From positions 1,178,001 through 1,242,000 of the forward strand of contig OZ251226.1 of assembly GCA_965240325.2 (NCBI GenBank): a DNA stretch of 64,000 bases, given 5' to 3'. The stretch comes from Rebecca billardiae RCC1528 (lineage: Eukaryota; Protista; Haptophyta). The notes below the pieces were generated by a model, which was not told the DNA's origin, did not search any database, and worked only from the letters and a program-made list of their open reading frames with translations. The translations under genes and the position numbers were made by a program. This document shows, one piece after another, positions 11,388 through 21,822 of this stretch. Positions within the stretch are counted from its first letter, which is position 1; each line of letters begins with the position of its first letter.

Positions 11388-12845
11388 ATGGCGGACTCGG
11401 CACTTGGCGTCACACTCCATGCACTCGATGCGGACGAATGGGACTACCTGTCGGAGGGCTCAGTCCACCTGGTGCTCAAGCATCGCGAGCCTGGGCGCAC
11501 GATTGTGCTGCGTCTGCGCAAGGCGGCTCGCGCCGGCCGAGTCGACGCTGTGCCCTCAGATGCGTACGCACGCGCTGTGCTTGCGCCGCTCGTTGGGATG
11601 CAGTACGTCCACACCGGTCGGCCTGTGGCGCTGACTCGGGCATTCGTGCAGGCGGTGAGCTCGCGCTTGCTACAAGCCCGTGCTCAGAGCGGCGTGCGCG
11701 CCGATCCGCTGGACCTGGAGGCGGACACCGGCTGGATGGAGCGCGATCACACTCGGCTGCAACACGCGCCGACCATGCGGACTGAGTGTGCGCAGAGCCA
11801 GCCGACCGTTTGCTTCGAGCTCAAGCCCAAGGCGGCTCTTCTCCGTCCGCCCAGCACGGACGGGTCGAGCCAGTGGCCTGCCCACGTCTGCCACTTCTGC
11901 GGGCTGCAGCTCGCCAAGTGGCGCGCCGCCGGCGCCCAATCGGGCGCAGCCCACCCGCCGGCACACGAGCGCTCGGCCTTCTGTCCGCTCGACCTCTTCT
12001 CCGGCGAGCGTGCGCGCGTGCGCGTGGCGCTCGAGCGGCTCGTGCGCACGCCGCACAACAATCTCGCGGTGTTCGTCGACGGCGTGCACGTCTACGGCAA
12101 GGGCGAGCACGATCCGTCCCGCCTGCTGCACGCGCTCGGCGCGGCGCGTTCGGGCAGCGCACGAAGGGGAGCCGGCGCACACGCGAGCCGCGCCGCGGCG
12201 CTGCAGCCGTACCTGCGCGCCGTGGAGGAGATCCTGCTGCACGAGCCACTCCTGCCACGTCTCCGCGCGGCCCAGGCTGCCGCCGATCCGCACGGCACGG
12301 CCTCCGCTGCTAGCGCACTTACCGAGCTGGCCCGCCGCGTCGGCTGCGCCGGGGCGGGGAGCCTCGGAGCTCCCAGTGACGCTGAGCTGGCCGCAGCCCA
12401 GGCGGCCGTTCATGCGCACGTGCGCGCGCTGTGCGCGCCCCACGCACGCGCCGCCCGCGCGAGTGGCGAGGGCAGCGCCGGCCCCAAGTCGACGCCAGCT
12501 GCTCTCGAGCCCGCCTCCGCCGCATTGGCAGGGCGCGTGCACGGCTTCTTGCTCGCGCTCACGCTGCGCGACTGCAGCGTCATGATCCCCATGCGCCGCC
12601 TCTCGAGCGGCGGCGGCGACGGCGGCGTGCAGGGCCCGCTCGGGGCGCGCAAGACGGCGTGCGGCTGCGAGTACGACGTCGCGCTCGTCGACCTTGATCA
12701 AAAGCCAGCGAGCAAAGTGTACAAGCACGTCGCTGAAGAGGCGCGCATCGGCACCGCCCTGCGCGACCACCTACGGGCGGGGCCACCAGGTGCCGCCGTG
12801 CAAGGTGACGCGCTCGAGTCGTGGTGGCCACAGTGCCACATCTAG
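11388..12845 (+). CDS. IPK1: Inositol-pentakisphosphate 2-kinase
   Basis: YLSEGSVHLV, FELKPK, FCPLDLFSG, HNNLAVF, TLRDCSVMI and VDLDQKP motifs. The ORF extension upstream of 11388 is the antisense of the DUF1415 gene. Confidence 0.9.
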   Translation: MADSALGVTLHALDADEWDYLSEGSVHLVLKHREPGRTIVLRLRKAARAGRVDAVPSDAYARAVLAPLVGMQYVHTGRPVALTRAFVQAVSSRLLQARAQSGVRADPLDLEADTGWMERDHTRLQHAPTMRTECAQSQPTVCFELKPKAALLRPPSTDGSSQWPAHVCHFCGLQLAKWRAAGAQSGAAHPPAHERSAFCPLDLFSGERARVRVALERLVRTPHNNLAVFVDGVHVYGKGEHDPSRLLHALGAARSGSARRGAGAHASRAAALQPYLRAVEEILLHEPLLPRLRAAQAAADPHGTASAASALTELARRVGCAGAGSLGAPSDAELAAAQAAVHAHVRALCAPHARAARASGEGSAGPKSTPAALEPASAALAGRVHGFLLALTLRDCSVMIPMRRLSSGGGDGGVQGPLGARKTACGCEYDVALVDLDQKPASKVYKHVAEEARIGTALRDHLRAGPPGAAVQGDALESWWPQCHI

Positions 12846-13144
12846 CCAGCGCGGCAGGCCGCGGGCTAGCCTACCTGCGGACATGCGTGCGCCCGCATGA
12901 AACGCGCCATGTCACTGCTCATGTATGTACACAGAGACCGACGCAACTCCGATTGGGCGCAGCCTCAGCACCCACGACCGCGGTGAAACAGTGGGCCGGC
13001 GGCAGGGAAGCCAGGAAGTTTCCGGCCACGTCCGTGTAACTTGCGCGGCCGGAGTGCCCTTCCGGACTGCGAAACGGCTCGCAAAACGCGGACACAACTT
13101 GGACGGTGGCTCACGACCGCGAGACGCCCCTTCCGAGACACGAC

Positions 13145-14764
13145 ATGACGGACGAGAGCCAGGCCTGCGGCGAGGCTGGCGCTCGAGCACTCGACGATCT
13201 TCCCGATGGGGTGCTTACTGAAGTGTTCGCCCATGTGCTCGGCACTTCACTCGCAGAGTGGCACACGCAGCGATCTGCATCGGGTCGAGCGAGCGCGCGG
13301 CTCGTGTGCTTGCGCTGGGCTGCGCTGATCGACGGCTGCGCAGACGCATATGTGGATGCCGTGTGTCACTTCAACCGTTGGGGCTCAGATGAGCGCAAGG
13401 CCATCAGCGCCGTGCGCAAGTTCGCGCCGAACGCCCCATTCCGCCGCCTCGAGCTCGAGGGCATAGACGAGGCCGGCCTGCAATCGCTGATGGATGTGCA
13501 TGCGGTCGCGCGAGCCGAGACGCACGCCGCGTGTGCCACAGCGTGCGGCCTGGGAACGCTGCGATTGCCCATGGGCTCTTTCATCTCCGCCCCACTGTTT
13601 GGATCCAACCTCGTTGACGTCGACCTCGGCGGCTGCCATGCGATCGGCGACGAGGCGCTGGGCTTGCTGTGCGCGCAAGCCGTGCGTCTGCGAGCGCTCA
13701 AGGTGACAGCCAACGGTGTACTCCAGTGCCCGCACGTGTGCGGGGTCGAGCTGCGCGAGGTGAACCTCTCGCTGTGCGCGGCGCTCTGTGACACCGCTGT
13801 CGACGCCTTGTGCGCCGGCTGCCCGCGGCTCGTCGAGCTGCAGCTGTGGCGCTGCTCCATGCTCGTCGCGCCGCGCATCGTCGGGCGCGAGCTGCGCACT
13901 GTCAACCTGAGCGACTGCGAGGGCGTGGTCGACAGCGCCATCGACGCCATGTGCGACGGGCGCGCGTGCCCTCGGCTGCGCTCGCTGTCGATTGGGAACT
14001 GCCTCGCCCTCCTCGAGGCGCGCATCCACAGCGCCTCGCTCGAGCTGCTCGACGCGTCTGGCTGTGCCAAGCTCTCCGACTCGGCGCTGAGCGACGCGTG
14101 CGCGGCGAGCGTGCGCCTGCGCAAGCTGTACGTGCCGCGCTGCGCCGCGCTGTGCCAGCCGGCGCTGGCTGGCGAGGCGCTTGAGGCGCTCAACCTCTCC
14201 GGCTGCGCCGACCTGTGCGACGCCGCCGTCGGCGCGCTCTGCGCGGCGTGCCCCTTGCTCGCGCGGCTGTGCCTCGCTATGTGCACCGCGCTCGTGGACC
14301 CGAGCATCGGCGGCGAGCAGCTCAGCGAGCTGGTGCTCTCGGGCTGCTCGGCGCTGGGCGACGCGGCCATCGGTCGGATGTGCGTGGCGTGCCCGCGGCT
14401 GCGCAAGCTCAACCTCTCGCACTGCACCGCTCTCTGCAGCCCCCAGCTCAGCTCGGCCTCGCTGCGCAGGCTGCTGCTCACCCACTGCCGCGAGCTGCGC
14501 GAGCCTCGCATCAGCGGCGCTGCACTCAGCGAGGTGTCGCTCTCGTGCTGCGCCAACGTGACCGATGAGATGGCGGAGGCCCTCTGCCGCGCGTGCCCCG
14601 CGCTGACCAAGCTCTCGCTCGCCTGGTGTGCCTCGATTCGCGCGCCACGCCTCGAGCACGCGCAGCTGGCTGTGGTCTCGCTCGTCGGCTGCGCCGAGCT
14701 CAACGACGAGCGCCTCGCGCAGATCCGTGCGCGCTGCCCGCAGCTGACCAAGCTCAAGCAGTGA
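13145..14764 (+). CDS. F-box/leucine-rich repeat protein
   Basis: F-box LDDLPDGVLTEVF...RLVCLRW, followed by many Cys-containing LRRs (LxLSxCxxLxD...CPxLxxL). Confidence 0.9.
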   Translation: MTDESQACGEAGARALDDLPDGVLTEVFAHVLGTSLAEWHTQRSASGRASARLVCLRWAALIDGCADAYVDAVCHFNRWGSDERKAISAVRKFAPNAPFRRLELEGIDEAGLQSLMDVHAVARAETHAACATACGLGTLRLPMGSFISAPLFGSNLVDVDLGGCHAIGDEALGLLCAQAVRLRALKVTANGVLQCPHVCGVELREVNLSLCAALCDTAVDALCAGCPRLVELQLWRCSMLVAPRIVGRELRTVNLSDCEGVVDSAIDAMCDGRACPRLRSLSIGNCLALLEARIHSASLELLDASGCAKLSDSALSDACAASVRLRKLYVPRCAALCQPALAGEALEALNLSGCADLCDAAVGALCAACPLLARLCLAMCTALVDPSIGGEQLSELVLSGCSALGDAAIGRMCVACPRLRKLNLSHCTALCSPQLSSASLRRLLLTHCRELREPRISGAALSEVSLSCCANVTDEMAEALCRACPALTKLSLAWCASIRAPRLEHAQLAVVSLVGCAELNDERLAQIRARCPQLTKLKQ

Positions 14765-15988
14765 GACGAGACGATGCGTGCCCCCGCCCCGTTTAGAACA
14801 CGCCGCTGGAGTTGCGTGAGCGCATGCACAGGTGCGGTACCCGCGCCCAAAACCCCGCCAGCGCAGGCCCAGACAGATTTGCTTCTGCGCCCACGGCGTG
14901 CGCAAGGAACGCCATGACGACTGACCCACCCCGCGCCTCCTCCCGCCCCTGCCCGCGCGCCCAACCGCCCTGCTCGTGTGGTCGACCTGCATTCGCGAAC
15001 TACGCGCCATGGTCCCCGTTCTGCATGCTGTCGATGGTGAGCTTCTTCACGACGACGCTATTCTCAACATCAACCTCTTCTGCTGTCCCGACGGCGTCGC
15101 GGCATCGAGCCTACCGAGCCAAACCTCACTCACGGCTGGCACACGGGGTCCAAGAGCACTCGCGGCGGGAGGAAATCGGGCGGTAACTCACTTGTATGTC
15201 CGCTTTGCATTTCAAGCGTGCGCTTGATCTGCGCTCGCAGCGGCTGCGCGCGTCTCTGGCGAGTGGGCGACGGCTCCGCGCACTCCCGCTCATCCGGCCA
15301 TGTGTGCCAGTTCGGGCCCAGCTGTACCGGGGACGACATGCCCGCGCATGCGCCTCTCCACGCTATTCGGCAGCAACAACGAGCACGCTGGCGCAGTCCC
15401 GCTCTGCTGGCCACTGAGCCTCTCGGGGCATCAATGCCAGCCAGGCATCACCGAGCCCGTGGCGCAAGACTAAGAGTATCGGACGGTGCTCTCCGCCGCA
15501 GTGCGCGCGGCGGCCCGCTGCAATTCTGTGGCTCGCGTCTGACACGACGATCGAGCCTACAGTCGGTAACTGTCGGTACGAGTCAATTGAGATTTGACTG
15601 TAGGACCGTATTCGTACTGTCAGCGGGACGTCAGTCACATCACGCAGTCTCATCAGTACTATCAGATTTCAGAGCCAGACTGATGTGTGGTCTTGATCAG
15701 GCAGTGACCGTTTGCAGGTGGTCTGCCGCGGCCGCGGGCGCGCGGCCTGCCGCTGGGGGAACAGTCTTCCAGTCCGGAGATGCATCCAAGGGAAACCAAG
15801 GCTTCCGCATCGGCAACGCCGGAAACAGGCTTGCGCCCGCCGCCGTCTCGCGGAAGGACAGCTGCACGAGCTGAGCAGCTGCCGCCGCCGCCGTCGCCCC
15901 AGGCCCCGGCCTTTCGGCGCACTAGCCTGGCCGCCGGCCACGGCCGCCCAGGCTTGTCCAAGCGGGCTGGGTGGGTGACACACTCACC

Positions 15989-18900
15989 ATGTTCAGCAGG
16001 CGCAAGTCCGAATCCTCCGTGGGCACGCGCAGGCTGAGCGAGCCCTCCCTTGGGGCCAGGAGGCCGAGCGGCGCGCAGCAGCACCTGCAGATGGGCCAGC
16101 ACCTCGGCGAGGTGGTCGCCAGGCAGGCGATCACCATCGCCGAGCTAGAGGAGCAGATCAGCTCGCTTCGTACGGCGCGAGCCGGCACGACGGCGGCACA
16201 GTCGGGCATACCGGAGGTGGAGGAGGACTCGGTCGAGCTGGAGAGCGTGCGCGCGCAGCTGCTCGATGCACGGCAGCAGGTCACGCACCTCGAGCAGGAG
16301 ATTGCTCGGGGCGAGGCACAGACGGACACGGCTGACGAGCGCATGGATGCGCTCGAGGCGCGTGCGGCGGAGCTCCGCACGCGCGGTGACGAGCTGGACG
16401 CTCGCGAGGCGTCGTTTTCGTCGCGCGAGCGCGAGACAGCTCAGCGGGAGAAGGCGGTGGCGACGCTCGAGGCGGAGGTCACCGCTCGCAGTGCCGCGCT
16501 CGAGGCTCGTGCCACGGAGGTGGCGACGCGCGACACTGCGCTCGCGGAGCGCGAGGCAGAGCTCGAGAACGAGCTCGTGCGCGCTCGCCAGCTGGGTGCC
16601 AGCGGTGACGCTCCCGCCGCGGTTCACATGCACACCTCTGGTGACGCGAATGAGGCAGCTGCCGCCGTGGACGAAGGTGCGGCCGCTCTGCACACGCGAA
16701 CGAGCGCGCTCGAGGCGCGCGAGGCGGACGCGCAGCGCCTGCTGGCCGAGCTCGATGCCCGCGAGGCCGCACTCGCCGCACGGGAGGCGGAGGTGGTGGA
16801 GATGGAGGGGAGATTGGACGGGCTCGCCTCTGAGCGCGAGCGGCTGCTGCAGCAGCTCGAGCAGCAGCAAGCTGGGCAGCGCGAGGCTGCGGCGGCACTC
16901 GCCGCACGAGAGGCGGAGGTGGTGGAGATGGAGGGGAGATTGGACGGGCTCGCCTCTGAGCGCGAGCGGCTGCTGCAGCAGCTCGAGCAGCAGCAAGCTG
17001 GGCAGCGCGAGGCTGCGGCCGCACTCGCAGCTCGGGAGGCGGAGGTGGCGGCGCAGGCCGCGGCACTCGACGCGCGAGGCGATGAGATCGCCGCTCGCGA
17101 GGCCGCGGCGGCGGCACTCGCAGCTCGGGAGGCGGAGGTGGCGGCGCAGGCCGCGGCACTCGACGCGCGAGGCGATGAGATCGCCGCTCGCGAGGCCGCG
17201 GCGGCGGCACTCGCAGCTCGGGAGGCGGAGGTGGCGGCGCAGGCCGCTGCACTCGACGCGCGAGGCGATGAGATCGCCGCTCGCGAGGCCGCGGCGGCGG
17301 CACTCGCAGCTCGGGAGGCGGAGGTGGCGGCGCAGGCCGCGGCACTCGACGCGCGAGGCGATGAGATCGCCGCTCGCGAGGCCGCGGCGGCGGCACTCGC
17401 AGCTCGGGAGGCGGAGGTGGCGGCGCAGGCCGCGGCACTCGACGCGCGAGGCGATGAGATCGCCGCTCGCGAGGCCGCGGCGGCGGCACTCGCAGCTCGG
17501 GAGGCGGAGGTGGCGGCGCAGGCCGCGGCACTCGACGCGCGAGGCGATGAGATCGCCGCTCGCGAGGCCGCGGCGGCGGCACTCGCAGCTCGGGAGGCGG
17601 AGGTGGCGGCGCAGGCCGCGGCACTCGACGCGCGAGGCGATGAGATCGCCGCTCGCGAGGCCGCGGCGGCGGCACTCGCAGCTCGGGAGGCGGAGGTGGC
17701 GGCGCAGGCCGCGGCACTCGACGCGCGAGGCGATGAGATCGCCGCTCGCGAGGCCGCGGCGGCGGCACTCGCAGCTCGGGAGGCGGAGGTGGCGGCGCAG
17801 GCCGCGGCACTCGACGCGCGAGGCGATGAGATCGCCGCTCGCGAGGCCGCGGCGGCGGCACTCGCAGCTCGGGAGGCGGAGGTGGCGGCGCAGGCCGCGG
17901 CACTCGACGCGCGAGGCGATGAGATCGCCGCTCGCGAGGCCGCGGCGGCGGCACTCGCAGCTCGGGAGGCGGAGGTGGCGGCGCAGGCCGCTGCACTCGA
18001 CGCGCGAGGCGATGAGATCGCCGCTCGCGAGGCCGCGGCGGCGGCACTCGCAGCTCGGGAGGCGGAGGTGGCGGCGCAGGCCGCGGCACTCGACGCGCGA
18101 GGCGATGAGATCGCCGCTCGCGAGGCCGCGGCGGCCGCACTCGCAGCTCGGGAGGCGGAGGTGGCGGCGCAGGCCGCGGCACTCGACGCGCGAGGCGATG
18201 AGATCGCCGCTCGCGAGGCCGCGGCGGCCGCACTCGCAGCTCGGGAGGCGGAGGTGGCGGCGCAGGCCGCGGCACTCGACGCGCGAGGCGATGAGATCGC
18301 CGCTCGCGAGGCCGCGGCGGCGGCACTCGCAGCTCGGGAGGCGGAGGTGGCGGCGCAGGCCGCGGCACTCGACGCGCGAGGCGATGAGATCGCCGCTCGC
18401 GAGGCCGCGGCGGCGGCACTCGCAGCTCGGGAGGCGGAGGTGGCGGCGCAGGCCGCGGCACTCGACGCGCGAGGCGATGAGATCGCCGCTCGCGAGGCCG
18501 CGGCGGCGGCACTCGCAGCTCGGGAGGCGGAGGTGGCGGCGCAGGCCGCGGCACTCGACGCGCGAGGCGATGAGATCGCCGCTCGCGAGGCCGCGGCGGC
18601 GGCACTCGCAGCTCGGGAGGCGGAGGTGGCGGCGCAGGCCGCGGCACTCGACGCGCGAGGCGATGAGATCGCCGCTCGCGAGGCCGCGGCGGCGGCACTC
18701 GCAGCTCGGGAGGCGGAGGTGGCGGCGCAGGCCGCTGCACTCGACGCGCGAGGCGATGAGATCGCCGCTCGCGAGGCCGCGGCGGCGGCACTCGCAGCTC
18801 GGGAGGCGGAGGTGGCGGCGCAGGCCGCGGCACTCGACGCGCGAGGCGATGAGATCGCCGCTCGCGAGGCCGCGGCGGCCGCACTCGCAGCTCGGGAGGC

Positions 18901-21364
18901 GGAGGTGGCGGCGCAGGCCGCGGCACTCGACGCGCGAGGCGATGAGATCGCCGCTCGCGAGGCCGCGGCGGCGGCACTCGCAGCTCGGGAGGCGGAGGTG
19001 GCGGCGCAGGCCGCGGCACTCGACGCGCGAGGCGATGAGATCGCCGCTCGCGAGGCCGCGGTGGCGGCTGCGCGCGCAGAGCTCGCCGAGGCGCGCAGCT
19101 CGAGCGAGCGGCAGCACCGCGCCGAGCTGAGGACCGTCGTGAGTGCCCTCGCGGTCGCTGAGGCGGAGGTGAGCGAGGCCGCGGCCGCGCTGAGTGCGTC
19201 CGCGCGAGACGTGAGTGACGCGGCCGCGCAGGCTGACACCGGCCCGTCGCCGGAGGAGGTCGAGGCGGAGCGGGCGCAGGCCGCGGCCGCACACGAGGCG
19301 GCCGCGCGCGCCGCCTCGCTGGAGCTCGAGCACGCGCGCGCGGCCGAGCAGATGGCGCGCGCGGATGCGCGGGCGCTGAGGGCGACGGTGGATGCGGCGG
19401 CCGACGCGCTGCGCGCCGAGATGGCGTCTGCGCTCGAGACCTCCGAGGCGTCGCACTCTGAGCTGATGCAGCGCACGGCCAAGCGGCTGCGCGCGCAGGC
19501 GGAAGCGCACGCGCAGTTGGTGGGCAGTGTGCAGCGCCGCCGCATCCAGCGCGCCGAGGGCATGCTCGAGCGGGCGACCTCGGAGCACGCCGCGGTGACG
19601 CCCGTGCGCGCCTCGCCCAGGGCGCACACGCGCGAGACGTCGCCCATGATGCTCAGCAGCCGGCGGTCCACGCCTCACAATCGCGCAGCGACGCCTGAGC
19701 CGCGCGTGCGCCGCCCGTGGGCGGACTCGGAGCAGCGCTCGCCGCGTCCGGAGCGCCACTTCGGAGACGGCGGCGGGGCCGGGGCCGAGCAGCCCATGTG
19801 GCCGCACGTGGCCCCGCCGCCGCCACCGCTCCGCCGCTCGGACTCCACCGACACAGCCGAGCCGAGGTGGCACTTCACGGTGCACGGCTCTCGCCCTGTG
19901 ACTCGCCCCAACACGCGCCGGGCGAGCGCATGGACCATCGCCGCCATCGCGCACATGGCTCCGGTCCCGGAGCCGCCCGAAGCAGCCGAGCTGACGAGGC
20001 GCGAGGAGCAGGCGCGTGCGAACGGCCTGGCGCGCATCGGGCCCACGCCGCCTCAGTGCACTCCGCCGCTGCCGCCGAGCGCTGCCGCGCGCCTCGCTGC
20101 GATGCCACCAGAGCTGCTGCCGCCGGCGGCGGCCGCGTCAGCCGACGCTGCATCTGCAAGCGGCCCCGTGGCTGCTGCGGCGCCCCAGAATCGACCGGCG
20201 CCGTCGGAGTGCCCGCTCCCGCCGCCGCACGCATCGCCCTTGCCGCCGACGGCGCGGCACGCGCCGCCGGCGCTTTCACAGCGGCCTCATGCGCCGACAG
20301 CCCCACCACCGCCGCCCCACTATCCCGTGCCCCCGCCCCGGCCAGCGGCGCTGCCCGCGCCCGCGGCGCACGCCCAGCGGCCGCCGCCGCCGCCGCCGCT
20401 GCCGGCCGTCGCACCGGTGACGCACGTGAGCAAGGCATCGCAGGCCTGTGCCATGCACTTTGCGCCCTCCATGCCGCCGCTGCCCTCCGCGCTCCTCGAC
20501 CTCGACATCGAGGCGGAGAACGCGGCGCTGGCGCGCATGCTGTCGTCCGTGCGGCTCTGGCGGAAGGGTGCTGAGGTGGATGGGCCGCTGCTGCACGCGC
20601 AGCCGTCCGAGCACGCGAAGCCCAGCCCGGCGGGGAGGCATAGCGAGGGCGCCGAGCGCTCGGCTCCGAGCGCTCGCTCCCGCGCTGCGGTGGCGGGCGA
20701 GCCCGGGGCAACGCGCTCCACGCCGACGACAGCCGAGCGCCCGGTCGCGTTCCCAGCGTTCAGCGTAAGCCACCGCAGCGTGGGCTGCGGCACGCCGCCC
20801 ACGCAGGCCTGTTCGCCGCTGGGTGCTGCGACTGCCGAGCTGCTCGGAGGTGGCGCGCGCTCGCCGACGCACCAGAACGAGCACTTCTTGCGCGCGCCGA
20901 TCATGTCGGCGGGCCGCCAGTCGACGAGCGCGGCTGAGCAGGGCAGCATGGTCGCCGCTTACCAGCGCAAGCTGCACGAGCAGTCGCTCACGCTCGACGC
21001 GCTGGGCGAGCACCTTCGTGGCCGCTGCGATCTCGCCGCGGCTGATGCGCGGGGTTCGGGCTCACCGGCCGCCGGCAGCCCAAGCCACGACAAGGACGCC
21101 GCGCTGCACGCCGTCCTGGAGCACGTCGTCTCGGAGCGTGCGCGGCTGAGCATGCTCACCAAGCAGCTCGCCAGGGCGCACGCGTGCATGCCGAGTGCGT
21201 TCGCAGCCCCAATCGGTGGCGGCGCAGGGTATGCGCAGCGGGGCGCGAGTAACGGCAACCACTGCGCACCTCACGGTGGTGCGCGCTGCGAGCTCAGCTC
21301 GGAGGCGTCGCCGCAGACCTCGCACAGCGCGGACGGCGCGGCAGCCCTTTCTACCTCCAGTTGA
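15989..21364 (+). CDS. Large coiled-coil protein with 31-aa tandem repeats and a Pro-rich C-terminal half
   Basis: About 1790-aa ORF; Ala/Glu/Arg-rich helical sequence flanks and includes the repeat array. Confidence 0.75.
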   Translation: MFSRRKSESSVGTRRLSEPSLGARRPSGAQQHLQMGQHLGEVVARQAITIAELEEQISSLRTARAGTTAAQSGIPEVEEDSVELESVRAQLLDARQQVTHLEQEIARGEAQTDTADERMDALEARAAELRTRGDELDAREASFSSRERETAQREKAVATLEAEVTARSAALEARATEVATRDTALAEREAELENELVRARQLGASGDAPAAVHMHTSGDANEAAAAVDEGAAALHTRTSALEAREADAQRLLAELDAREAALAAREAEVVEMEGRLDGLASERERLLQQLEQQQAGQREAAAALAAREAEVVEMEGRLDGLASERERLLQQLEQQQAGQREAAAALAAREAEVAAQAAALDARGDEIAAREAAAAALAAREAEVAAQAAALDARGDEIAAREAAAAALAAREAEVAAQAAALDARGDEIAAREAAAAALAAREAEVAAQAAALDARGDEIAAREAAAAALAAREAEVAAQAAALDARGDEIAAREAAAAALAAREAEVAAQAAALDARGDEIAAREAAAAALAAREAEVAAQAAALDARGDEIAAREAAAAALAAREAEVAAQAAALDARGDEIAAREAAAAALAAREAEVAAQAAALDARGDEIAAREAAAAALAAREAEVAAQAAALDARGDEIAAREAAAAALAAREAEVAAQAAALDARGDEIAAREAAAAALAAREAEVAAQAAALDARGDEIAAREAAAAALAAREAEVAAQAAALDARGDEIAAREAAAAALAAREAEVAAQAAALDARGDEIAAREAAAAALAAREAEVAAQAAALDARGDEIAAREAAAAALAAREAEVAAQAAALDARGDEIAAREAAAAALAAREAEVAAQAAALDARGDEIAAREAAAAALAAREAEVAAQAAALDARGDEIAAREAAAAALAAREAEVAAQAAALDARGDEIAAREAAAAALAAREAEVAAQAAALDARGDEIAAREAAAAALAAREAEVAAQAAALDARGDEIAAREAAAAALAAREAEVAAQAAALDARGDEIAAREAAVAAARAELAEARSSSERQHRAELRTVVSALAVAEAEVSEAAAALSASARDVSDAAAQADTGPSPEEVEAERAQAAAAHEAAARAASLELEHARAAEQMARADARALRATVDAAADALRAEMASALETSEASHSELMQRTAKRLRAQAEAHAQLVGSVQRRRIQRAEGMLERATSEHAAVTPVRASPRAHTRETSPMMLSSRRSTPHNRAATPEPRVRRPWADSEQRSPRPERHFGDGGGAGAEQPMWPHVAPPPPPLRRSDSTDTAEPRWHFTVHGSRPVTRPNTRRASAWTIAAIAHMAPVPEPPEAAELTRREEQARANGLARIGPTPPQCTPPLPPSAAARLAAMPPELLPPAAAASADAASASGPVAAAAPQNRPAPSECPLPPPHASPLPPTARHAPPALSQRPHAPTAPPPPPHYPVPPPRPAALPAPAAHAQRPPPPPPLPAVAPVTHVSKASQACAMHFAPSMPPLPSALLDLDIEAENAALARMLSSVRLWRKGAEVDGPLLHAQPSEHAKPSPAGRHSEGAERSAPSARSRAAVAGEPGATRSTPTTAERPVAFPAFSVSHRSVGCGTPPTQACSPLGAATAELLGGGARSPTHQNEHFLRAPIMSAGRQSTSAAEQGSMVAAYQRKLHEQSLTLDALGEHLRGRCDLAAADARGSGSPAAGSPSHDKDAALHAVLEHVVSERARLSMLTKQLARAHACMPSAFAAPIGGGAGYAQRGASNGNHCAPHGGARCELSSEASPQTSHSADGAAALSTSS
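16769..19060 (+). repeat. Coding tandem repeats: 2x126 bp followed by 22x93 bp
   Basis: 126-bp units start at 16769 and 16895. 93-bp units start at 17021+93n (last at 18974) and encode ALAAREAEVAAQAAALDARGDEIAAREAAAA. Confidence 0.95.
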
Positions 21365-21822
21365 AAGCCGCCGGTGACGACAGGTTCTAGCCGCATGCTA
21401 GTGCGAGACAGGCGCGCGGCGATGGGTCGGGTGCTAGTAGCATCGCAGCCCTTGTGTAAGTGTCTCTGCTACGTTTCAGTCGTGTGGGCACCAAGTGATG
21501 GTGCCACCTGCAAAGGCGGCCGTGGGCGGCCGCCATTATTTGTCGTCGTCACTGCCAAACGGCCCGGATCCTTCTGCGACACGTCGCAGCCGGGCGGGCG
21601 GCCGGACGGCGGAGGCACGCTCCACTCAGCCGGAGACGTACGCGTGGCGGTTAAAAACAGGGGTGCCGTGACAGAAGGCCGCCCGGATCCGTCAGATATC
21701 GCGGTGGATGCCCACAAAGAGGGCCGAGCAAAAAGCAAGAAGGGCAGAAGGCGGTGCGTTGCCCCGCGCGCTGTGAGCGCTCTCGTCGACCGCTCGGCTC
21801 GGGGCGCACGTGGCACGTGCCA

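Noticed and set aside
15000-15340. Possible small spliced gene on the minus strand
   Set aside because: The splice model is ambiguous and there is no recognisable motif.
17021-19060. CRISPR-like array
   Set aside because: Contiguous coding repeats with no unique spacers, no cas genes, and a eukaryotic context.
16145-19954. Long overlapping ORFs in other frames here, and antisense to the F-box, myosin and other genes
   Set aside because: Expected from very high GC content and a stop-free repeat unit; the translations are low-complexity Arg/Ala/Pro with no domains.
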